The position numbers were made by a program, and so were the translations under genes. A stretch of DNA of 27,555 nucleotides from Fibrobacteria bacterium (lineage in GTDB: Bacteria > Fibrobacterota > Fibrobacteria > UBA11236), in NCBI GenBank assembly GCA_041746255.1, contig JBGTHM010000086.1:1-27555 (forward strand). Reading direction: 5' to 3'. Positions 17,915 through 25,418 of the stretch are shown here, piece by piece (the stretch's first letter is position 1; every line of letters begins with the position of its first letter). The notes under the pieces were generated by a model that was given only the letters and a program-made list of their open reading frames with translations, was not told where the DNA came from and ran no database searches.

Positions 17915-18295
17915 CTAGGCTTCTTTCATTTTGGATTCAAGCCACGAAGTGATTTCAGATAAATCGGCTTTACCGCTGATAATTCGTTCCAGTAAAAAGG
18001 CTTCGCCCGAATCCGAATCCACTACGAGACGAAACCCATTCATCCGAAGGAAAATGGCGGTAGCGGCGAAGGCTACACGCTTGTTGCCGTCCAGAAAGGG
18101 GTGGTTGGTAGCCAGGCTTTGCAAAAGCGCGGCGGCCTGCTCCGACAACGACTGATAATACCCCGAGCGCGGCCTGGCCAAAGCACTTTCCAACAGCCCT
18201 TGGTCGCGTGTACCCGTTGTGCCGCCGAATCGCCTTATCAATTCCGCATGAAGAAGCAGGCATTCATCCAGGGTGACGAAGGCGGTTTCCTTCAC
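17915..18295 (-). CDS. doc: Doc-family (death-on-curing) toxin
   Basis: RDQGLLESALARP and NHPFLDGNKRVAF; GTG start overlaps the antitoxin stop (GTGA). Confidence 0.9.
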   Translation of the reverse strand: MKETAFVTLDECLLLHAELIRRFGGTTGTRDQGLLESALARPRSGYYQSLSEQAAALLQSLATNHPFLDGNKRVAFAATAIFLRMNGFRLVVDSDSGEAFLLERIISGKADLSEITSWLESKMKEA

Positions 18296-18504
18296 TTGGC
18301 CAAACGCCGGAGAAGGTCGTCGTGTTGCGTAAGCACCTCGTTCATGGCTGAAGTGAAGGCGGGGCGGATGCGGGTGCGGACGAGGTATTCCGCTAAGGCT
18401 TCGCTGACAATGTGGGACAGGCTTTTGCCGCTTTCACTGGCATGGCTTTTCAGATCCCGTAAAACCTCTTCATCAACTTGGGTGGAAAATTTGGACAATT
18501 TCAT
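18292..18504 (-). CDS. Ribbon-helix-helix antitoxin paired with Doc
   Basis: 70 aa; KFSTQVDEEVLRDLK...SLSHIVSEAL RHH pattern; C-terminal H..LLRRLAK typical of Doc partners. Confidence 0.82.
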   Translation of the reverse strand: MKLSKFSTQVDEEVLRDLKSHASESGKSLSHIVSEALAEYLVRTRIRPAFTSAMNEVLTQHDDLLRRLAK

Positions 18505-18507
18505 TTC

Positions 18508-18539
18508 ATGAATTTACCTGAAAATTCATTAAATGTCAA
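18508..18539 (-). promoter_or_regulatory. Sigma70 promoter with overlapping operator; likely leaderless transcript
   Basis: TTGACA (18534-18539), 17-bp spacer, TAAATT (18511-18516), 6 nt before the ATG; inverted repeat ATGAATTT / AAATTCAT. Confidence 0.7.
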
Positions 18540-18609
18540 GAGGAGGGCTGTGACGGCTGAAATGACCGGAAAACCCTTAGTTTGCCAGCCTCCACGGATA
18601 GCCCTTGGC

Positions 18610-19176
18610 TTATTCATTCAACGGAAGGATTAAATCATTCTGGATTCGAACTCCACCATTGAAGGATGGCCACTTGAATCGTTCCCTTCCATTCAAATCT
18701 CTCTGCCAGTATTGAGAACTTGTTCGATATATATAATCGTCCGAGGACTTTTTTTGAAAGGGAATTAGGCTTGTTGAAATTCTCCGCACCGAATCCACTG
18801 CAGATGGGTAATTCTTCACGAGATAATTGCATAGTGAGGCAAAAAATACACCGGGTTTTTCTTCCATGCGATTCGCGAAAATAACGCGAGTTTCCCCCAC
18901 CGTAAGTCGTGTCCCGCACATGTTATCGCCCTTAACTATTACCGTATCCCCGGATATGCATGTATCACACTTGAAAATCTCTTTAACCGTTACGGTATAG
19001 GTATATCCGTCATTTTTATGGATTTTTTCATTTTCAACTGTACCCAAAAAAGCGAAATCCGTGTGATTGTAGAAACTTGTAATATCGGGTGCAGCACAGG
19101 TGCACCCATAAGAACGTGGCATAAATACAAGTGCTCCAAGTTGAATGAGAATCAAATACCATTTAAATTTTTTCAT
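18610..19176 (-). CDS. Secreted TIMP-like (NTR/OB-fold) protein with N-terminal Cys-X-Cys
   Basis: ATG 19176 with GAGGG RBS; signal peptide ending SYG|CTCAAP; then DFAFLGTV, YTVTVKEIFK, MCG and LCNY, matching the N-TIMP cysteine layout. Confidence 0.7.
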   Translation of the reverse strand: MKKFKWYLILIQLGALVFMPRSYGCTCAAPDITSFYNHTDFAFLGTVENEKIHKNDGYTYTVTVKEIFKCDTCISGDTVIVKGDNMCGTRLTVGETRVIFANRMEEKPGVFFASLCNYLVKNYPSAVDSVRRISTSLIPFQKKSSDDYIYRTSSQYWQRDLNGRERFKWPSFNGGVRIQNDLILPLNE

Positions 19177-19446
19177 GATCCCTCGCGCACCGTCAGGTGC
19201 TATTTGAATGAATTGTAAGTTGCCTACTTCCTTGGGAATTGGCCCATTTGGAAAACAAAATGTCAAAAATATGAATTCATTTTTTGAATTTGCTACTGAA
19301 GCATCGATAACTGGAAATAAGCAAAATTTGATCCAGATTATTTATTGATTAACGGAGTTTATTGTAAGGGGAGCGTCTCAAATTTGGGAATCGGTTCCCA
19401 CTTTTGGGAGACTCTGCGTACCTGCAGCGTAATGGCCCTGGATACG

Positions 19447-20418
19447 TCAAGGCGCGAGAATCAAATTTCCGATTTTTTGCCCAGAGGCAGAATACTCGTA
19501 TGCCTCCCGGATTTGCTCCAACGAATACCGTTTGTCGATGAGAGGTTTGAATTGACCGCTTTCGATCAAGGGTTTCAAATAGGCTAGGCTTCGTCGGATG
19601 TTTAAGGGCATGGGGAAACGCACCTGTTTCCCACCCAGGAGCGGAGTTATAAGCGCGAGAAATGGGTTTTGTACCCACGGTCCCAGGTCCGAAGAGATGT
19701 ATATCCCCTTGGGGCGCAACAAAGATTTGCAATGGCCGAACGTGCTCTTACCCACGGCATCGAAGACGAAGTCATACAGGATATCGTCCCGGGTAAAGTC
19801 CTGACGCATATAGTCGACAACCTTGTCGGGCCCCATAGATTTCACCAAGTTCACCTGATCCGTTCCGCAAACCGCGGTTACATAAGCATCCCGGGCCTTC
19901 AACAGCTGGACGGCAGCCGACCCAATGGCCCCCGTGGCGCCATAGACCAGCACCTTGTTTCCAGCCTGGAGGTCGACCTTGTTCATGAAGTTATAGACAT
20001 AATGCGCGCCTTCTATGCCCGCCGCCGCCTGTTCGTAGGTGAGGCCTTCGGGCATGAAATCAATACCCTTGTCTTCGGGAAAGGTGAGGTATTGCGCATG
20101 GGATGCGGCGCTGCCATTGTCGTCGAATCCCCATACCTTGTCGCCGACTTTGAAGCGCTTAACGGCCGTGCCCACGGCTTCAATCGTGCCCGCGAAGTCG
20201 GTGCCGGGCGTGGCCTTCCTCGGACGCGGGAATCCCGAGACCAACCTCATGATAGCGGGCCGGGCCAGAAGAATTGCGCAGTCGGTCCGGTTGACGGTAG
20301 CGGCGTGAACCCGGACCAGGACTTCTTTGTCTGTGGGGGTAGGGGTTTTGACTTCCTGGACGGTGATCTTCCGCGCTTTAGCCGTCACTGCCTCGGCTTT
20401 TCCCAATAGAGCCGCCAA
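19447..20418 (-). CDS. NAD(P)-dependent MDR-family oxidoreductase (quinone reductase-like); native 5' end apparently replaced by IS110 sequence
   Basis: EVLVRVHAATVNRTD, PGTDFAG, YGATGAIGSAAVQL and YDFVFDAVGK; the first ~17 residues resemble an IS110 transposase segment. Confidence 0.8.
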   Translation of the reverse strand: MAALLGKAEAVTAKARKITVQEVKTPTPTDKEVLVRVHAATVNRTDCAILLARPAIMRLVSGFPRPRKATPGTDFAGTIEAVGTAVKRFKVGDKVWGFDDNGSAASHAQYLTFPEDKGIDFMPEGLTYEQAAAGIEGAHYVYNFMNKVDLQAGNKVLVYGATGAIGSAAVQLLKARDAYVTAVCGTDQVNLVKSMGPDKVVDYMRQDFTRDDILYDFVFDAVGKSTFGHCKSLLRPKGIYISSDLGPWVQNPFLALITPLLGGKQVRFPMPLNIRRSLAYLKPLIESGQFKPLIDKRYSLEQIREAYEYSASGQKIGNLILAP

Positions 20419-20910
20419 TCGGTGATGAATGCCCCCAACGCAGTCTCCGTCCGGCCCACAATGGTTGTTCTCCGTGTTTTTGAACTCAGCAATTTATCCC
20501 CTGAAATTTTGTTACCCGGGCCAGTACCAGCCAAGGGGTGAAATGGTTTTCTGTGGGCCAACGATTCATGTCATCGCCACATTCAGCGACCAGACGCATC
20601 GCACTGTAAGGTCCCAAGCCATGGATCTGGGTGAGTTCAACACCTACCAATGAATAAATGGCGTTCCGGAAATCAAATCCCGGTTCATCGTATCCTTTGG
20701 TCCGGTGACGGTGCTTGGGTAATTGCGGAAACGAATTCGCTTCCTTATGTCGAAGGGTATCAATTAGTTTTTTGATTTCTTCGTCACACTGACTCACCTT
20801 TTCTTGGTAAATGTCATAAAGTTCCACGGCCTGACGCAAAGAAAAGAGTTGTTCGGCGCGGTAGCTCCCAATCAAGGCCGATGCAAATTCCTCCTGAGAG
20901 GACTTGCATC
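20365..20910 (-). mobile_element. Degenerate IS110-family transposase fragment (pseudogene)
   Basis: Read across frameshifts: CKSSQEEFASALIGSYRAEQLFSLRQAVELYD...GVELTQIHGLGPYSAMRLVAECGDDMNRWPTENHFTPWL / GNKISGDKLLSSKTRR..VGRTETALGAF / HRLAALLGKAEAVTAKARKI. No N-terminal RuvC-like domain. Confidence 0.85.
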
Positions 20911-20956
20911 CCAGGTAAATATGCCTGAAAGTTGTGTCTGGTGTCGGGGAGACAGC

Positions 20957-21020
20957 TCAATTCCGCATGGAAAAGCAGGCATTCATCCAGAGTGAGGAAG
21001 GCGGTTTCCGTCACTTGGCC
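20957..21020 (-). pseudogene. 64-bp duplicate of the doc 5' end
   Basis: 59/64 identical to 18238-18301 in the same orientation; encodes VTETAFLTLDECLLFHAEL versus (V)KETAFVTLDECLLLHAEL. Confidence 0.85.
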
Positions 21021-21207
21021 TTTTAAGAGTACAGATTTTTCGTGAAAAGGGGTGTGGGATGGAGGTGGAATGAAAGATGAGGGTATAGAGTAAACAGGAC
21101 AGACAATTTGAAAATGCATTTCGGAGGTTACGAATGAGAAACGAAACTTTCCCAATCTCCGCAATTGCGACAAAAAGTCGGGTATGAAGCTGGATGGAGG
21201 TCGCCCA

Positions 21208-22278
21208 ATGACGAAACTATTCCTGCCTTTGGCATGCGCCTATTTAATGTTATTCACCCCGTTGACCAACGGGCAGGAATTGTACACACAAACGGGTACG
21301 GATCCCGCCTGGAAGGATATTTTCGGAAGCGTCCTGCCGAAATGCAAGGTATCGATGGATGGGGTTCCCGGCTCCAAAATCGAAGTCAACGCAGTGGTGG
21401 AAGCACGGTCGGCTTTCGGCAAGTATGCAATCGATCAAAAGATTCAAATCCATACACCCGGCAACAAGAGCGTCGTCAGGGATGATTTTCCCAAATGGTC
21501 CCGCTGGTATCAGGAAGTCGGCAATACCCAGGTATTCCGGCTGTTTACCGGAGAAACCACAGGCCTGTGCAACCGCCCCAATGCGGCCAGGGTGGAGGCT
21601 GAACAGGCCGGCACATACTCCAGAGGAAAATGGCATGAATGGATTGGCGCCTTGACCGTGGTTCAACCGGACGGTTGCAATGGTTGCGCGATTTTTCAGA
21701 TCAAAACCGACAGTGATTTGCAATGGCCCTTGCAAATGATCATGGAGAATAACGGCGATGTGGTGGCGCAGCAGAGAAAGGGAGGAAGTAAGAAAATTAT
21801 CCAAAACACCATCGGGAAAACCTTCGATATCAAAATACGTGACAATGGCACCGACTATGAAATCCATGTGGGGAACGAGATCGTGTTCAAAGGGAGCACC
21901 TCCCGTAGCTCTTCCAATCACTTCAGGTGGGGAATGTATATGGGAAACCAGGCGCCCAAGAAAGACCTCATGATTTTATTCACGGGCGCCAATATCAATC
22001 CCCAGGAAGGTGTCCTCCCCATTTCGGATCAGTCCCAATTTCTTTTTCAAAAACCCATTATCCGCCAATCGGCCCAGGGACTATCCATTTCAGGAGCAGT
22101 CGGTCCAGTGGATATTTCCATCGTCGATATGCTGGGAAGCCGGCATGTCCATGGTTTAAATACGGAAAACCCGATGTTCATCCCCACGCACAAGCTGAAT
22201 ACCGGAAAATATCTGGTGCAGTTGCGGAGTAAGGAAAATATCCTGCAATCCAAACTGATAAGTATCCCAGCACTATGA
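21208..22278 (+). CDS. Secreted PL7-like (beta-jelly-roll) putative polysaccharide lyase, paralogue 1, with CTD-like tail
   Basis: GGAGG RBS and signal peptide; ARVEA, AIFQIK and NHFRWGMY in PL7 motif order; tail ISIVDMLG...GKYLVQL. Confidence 0.6.
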   Translation: MTKLFLPLACAYLMLFTPLTNGQELYTQTGTDPAWKDIFGSVLPKCKVSMDGVPGSKIEVNAVVEARSAFGKYAIDQKIQIHTPGNKSVVRDDFPKWSRWYQEVGNTQVFRLFTGETTGLCNRPNAARVEAEQAGTYSRGKWHEWIGALTVVQPDGCNGCAIFQIKTDSDLQWPLQMIMENNGDVVAQQRKGGSKKIIQNTIGKTFDIKIRDNGTDYEIHVGNEIVFKGSTSRSSSNHFRWGMYMGNQAPKKDLMILFTGANINPQEGVLPISDQSQFLFQKPIIRQSAQGLSISGAVGPVDISIVDMLGSRHVHGLNTENPMFIPTHKLNTGKYLVQLRSKENILQSKLISIPAL

Positions 22279-22316
22279 TTTGCCTACGGAAAGAAGGCAT
22301 ACTGAAGGAGAATTTT

Positions 22317-23987
22317 GTGGAAAAGCGAATATTTCGGGTCATTAGACTACCCTTTTACCGGGTGGTTTTCCTGGCGGCCGTGATGACGGCTTTGGCGGCG
22401 GAAAAGCCCAACGTCCTCTTCATCATCGTAGACGATTTGGCGAATCAACTCCATAGTTATGGGAGGGATTATGTCATCTCTCCCAGCATCGACAAACTTT
22501 CCCGGGACGGAGTGCTTTTCAAGCGGGCCTATGCTCAGGTGCCGGTTTGCGGCGCCAGCAGGTGCAGCTTTCTTTCCGGTATCCGCCCTCACAATTCGAC
22601 GTTCAATTTGGCCAAGGAGGAATTGCAGAAGTACTACCCCAAAAGTACGACTCTTCCCAAGGCTTTCAGGGATGCGGGTTACCATACCATTGGCGTCGGC
22701 AAGGTTTTCCACGTAGCTACCGACATGCCTAACTCCTGGGATGAAAGCCCGGCGGGCGGCGACGGGAATTCGGCATTGGATGAGGATGAGGCCGACGTAG
22801 CTGCGGAGCGTGGCCCCATGATTGAATCACCCAATGTCGCCGACAATCAATTATCGGACGGACAGAGGGCCGACAAAGCCATCAGTACCCTGAGACGAAT
22901 GAAAAATCATGGAAAACCGTTTTTTCTCGCGGTCGGATTTGCCAAGCCGCATCTGCCCTTCATCGCTCCCAAAAAATATTTCGACATGTATAACAGAAAT
23001 GAAATTCCCATAGCCAACAACCTTAACCCCCCGAAAAATGCGCCTAACGAAGCCAATAGTGGAGGTGGAGAAATCCAATTGTACGGCTCCGGAAACCTTA
23101 AGTTTAATAGTCCGGAATTCCATCGCACCGCCCGTCACGCCTATAGCGCCTGCGTGACCTATGTGGACGCCCAGATTGGACGGGTTCTGGATGAGCTCGA
23201 GAAATTAGGATTGAAGGATAATACCTTGGTCATGATGATTGGAGACCATGGATTTCTGTTGGGAGAGCATAACCATTGGGGCAAACATAGTTTGCTGCAT
23301 GAAAGCATTGCCACGCCGCTTATTGTTTCCGGCCCCGGGATTCCAAAAAATGAAAAACGGGAAAACCTGGTTGAGCTGGTCGATGTATTTCCCTCTTTTC
23401 TGGAATTGGCCGGCATCCCCCAAACCGCCGCATTGAAAGAGCAATTGCAGGGAATGAGCTTTGCTCCGGTATTGAAAGATGCGAACGCGCCTTGGAAAAT
23501 CGGCGTCTATTCCAAATGGCTCAAGGTCGGGGATGGCGTTACGCTGGTAACCCAGCAATACAGCTATACCGAATACGGGGCCGGCGGCAAGGGCAAGCGA
23601 ATGCTGTTTGATTTGGTGAATGATCCGGAGGAAACCGCCAATATTTCGGAACTGCCGGGCAACGCCGCCACCGTGGAAAAATTGAGTAAAATCCTGAAGG
23701 GGGGGTGGAAAAATGTTCCCGTGGAAACCCCGAAAATTACGAACATCCGACTCCGCCACCCCAATGGTTTGGGCGTCCGCAATCCCGCTCCTGGTGAAAT
23801 GAAGGTATACTCGATTTCCGGCGAACTTCTGCGAACCGTGAATATCGAAGAGCAGAGGGCTGCTTTGACTTCTGGGATCCTGGATGTTCCGGGAGGCAAT
23901 GGAACCTACTTGTATTCCATCCAACCTTCCGAGGGCGCGGCCTATCAAGGAAAACTGGTTGTGCATGACCGGAAAATCATGAATTGA
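22317..23987 (+). CDS. Secreted formylglycine-dependent sulfatase (iduronate-2-sulfatase-like) with CTD-like tail
   Basis: KPNVLFIIVDDL, CGASRCSFLSG, GKVFH, PFFLAVGFAKPHLPF and GDHGFLLGEHNHWGKH; GTG 22317 after AAGGAG (track start 22275). Confidence 0.9.
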   Translation: MEKRIFRVIRLPFYRVVFLAAVMTALAAEKPNVLFIIVDDLANQLHSYGRDYVISPSIDKLSRDGVLFKRAYAQVPVCGASRCSFLSGIRPHNSTFNLAKEELQKYYPKSTTLPKAFRDAGYHTIGVGKVFHVATDMPNSWDESPAGGDGNSALDEDEADVAAERGPMIESPNVADNQLSDGQRADKAISTLRRMKNHGKPFFLAVGFAKPHLPFIAPKKYFDMYNRNEIPIANNLNPPKNAPNEANSGGGEIQLYGSGNLKFNSPEFHRTARHAYSACVTYVDAQIGRVLDELEKLGLKDNTLVMMIGDHGFLLGEHNHWGKHSLLHESIATPLIVSGPGIPKNEKRENLVELVDVFPSFLELAGIPQTAALKEQLQGMSFAPVLKDANAPWKIGVYSKWLKVGDGVTLVTQQYSYTEYGAGGKGKRMLFDLVNDPEETANISELPGNAATVEKLSKILKGGWKNVPVETPKITNIRLRHPNGLGVRNPAPGEMKVYSISGELLRTVNIEEQRAALTSGILDVPGGNGTYLYSIQPSEGAAYQGKLVVHDRKIMN

Positions 23988-24269
23988 TTTTTCTTACCGC
24001 GTACTAGTATAACCATTATTCATGGTAGTATTATTCCCGTTCCCAGAGTAAAAATATTGGGAATTTTGCGGTTCTATTCCCCGTCCCAACGGCTTTTGGC
24101 CGCTATCTCCTTAATTTCTTGACTGTATTACAGCGTGTACACTTAGGAGGACGAATATTTCCCGAAAAAGGAAGTGGCTTGAAGGATAGGAGTATAAGAT
24201 AAAAGGGTAGAGCGGCTCATGCGGAATGTAACATCCAAAGTGCCTTTAGCTATTTGAGGAGACGCGAAT

Positions 24270-25319
24270 ATGGTTTATCGGGAAATGTTGCAGAAGAAGG
24301 TGGTGGCTACAATCCTGATAATTTGCGCTGGGTCTGTCACTTTGCAAGCGCAAACCTACTATACCCAGATCGGAACGGATCCGACCTGGGATAAAATTCT
24401 TGCTGATAAAGCCATTCCCATTGGATCAAATTCCACCGGTGGTTACCTCGGTTCTAAAATAGTAGTGAACCGATCGGAGGTGGAAGTCGGTCCTAATGCC
24501 AATCGTCCCATTGAGCAGGCAATTAATATCCACACGCTTGGCAACAGTGTCATTCCCCGTGCAGACTTTCACAAGTGGACGAGATGGTACCAGGAAGACG
24601 GGAATACCCAGGTTTTTCGCCTTTTCAATGGGGAAACCAACGTGCGCAATACCCGGCCCAACTCCGCCAGAATCGAAGCCTTCAGCCAGCATAAATGGAA
24701 AAAAGGAACGCAATGGCATGAATGGGTGGGCACTTATACGCTCGTTAAGGCGTCGGGCGCGATTTTCCAGATCAAAGCGCCAGGTCCCGTAGATTGGGCT
24801 CTCATGATTACCGTCGGAAGTCAGACCAGTATCAAGCTGCAGTACCGAGATAAAACCACTAAAACGGTCAATTCTGGACGCAGGTTTGATTTGCGGATAA
24901 GGGATAACGGACATAATTTCGAGGTATATGTCAACGGCAAACTCGAAATGAGCGGGAACTACGATAGAAAGGGTTTAGAGAGTAATTTCCGATGGGGAAT
25001 GTATGTCGGCGCACAACGTAAAGCGACTGAATCCATTATGATGGTCACGGGAGCCACCATTAATCCAAGTAGCGCCAAGCCCCTATCGCTGGATGGGCAA
25101 GTCTTGTTTTCCAACCCCCAGGGAAAAACCCGTTTAACGATGGCGATGGATGGCCGGATTTTCACCCTGAACCGGGAGGCGCCGTGGGAGGTGGTATCCT
25201 TGCAGGGCAAGACTTTGCGGCAAGGGTATGGCAATTCTTTTAATCTGGGTGGGGCCGCCCCAGGATTGTATTGGGTCAAGTTGGGGGATACGGGGGAGAG
25301 GTTGCGGCTGGGGCCCTGA
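24270..25319 (+). CDS. Secreted PL7-like putative polysaccharide lyase, paralogue 2
   Basis: WYQEDGNTQVFRLF, ARIEA, AIFQIK, RIRDNG and NFRWGMY; signal peptide; tail VVSLQGK...PGLYWVK; GAGGA RBS. Confidence 0.6.
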   Translation: MVYREMLQKKVVATILIICAGSVTLQAQTYYTQIGTDPTWDKILADKAIPIGSNSTGGYLGSKIVVNRSEVEVGPNANRPIEQAINIHTLGNSVIPRADFHKWTRWYQEDGNTQVFRLFNGETNVRNTRPNSARIEAFSQHKWKKGTQWHEWVGTYTLVKASGAIFQIKAPGPVDWALMITVGSQTSIKLQYRDKTTKTVNSGRRFDLRIRDNGHNFEVYVNGKLEMSGNYDRKGLESNFRWGMYVGAQRKATESIMMVTGATINPSSAKPLSLDGQVLFSNPQGKTRLTMAMDGRIFTLNREAPWEVVSLQGKTLRQGYGNSFNLGGAAPGLYWVKLGDTGERLRLGP

Positions 25320-25418
25320 TTGGGTTTTCGGCGAGTTTCCGTGGTCTTGGGGATGCTTGAAATTACCCATCTATCCGATTGACGAGAAAATTTAACGAGA
25401 GTTACTTGGAGGTTACCC

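Noticed and set aside
20911..21200. Possible IS110 bridge-RNA region
   Set aside because: The element lacks its N-terminal domain and both ends, part of this interval is the doc duplicate, and no convincing structure is visible.
23988..24269. 282-bp intergenic region as a possible ncRNA or riboswitch
   Set aside because: Only short imperfect dyads and no recognisable family motif; an Rfam cmscan would be needed to exclude it formally.
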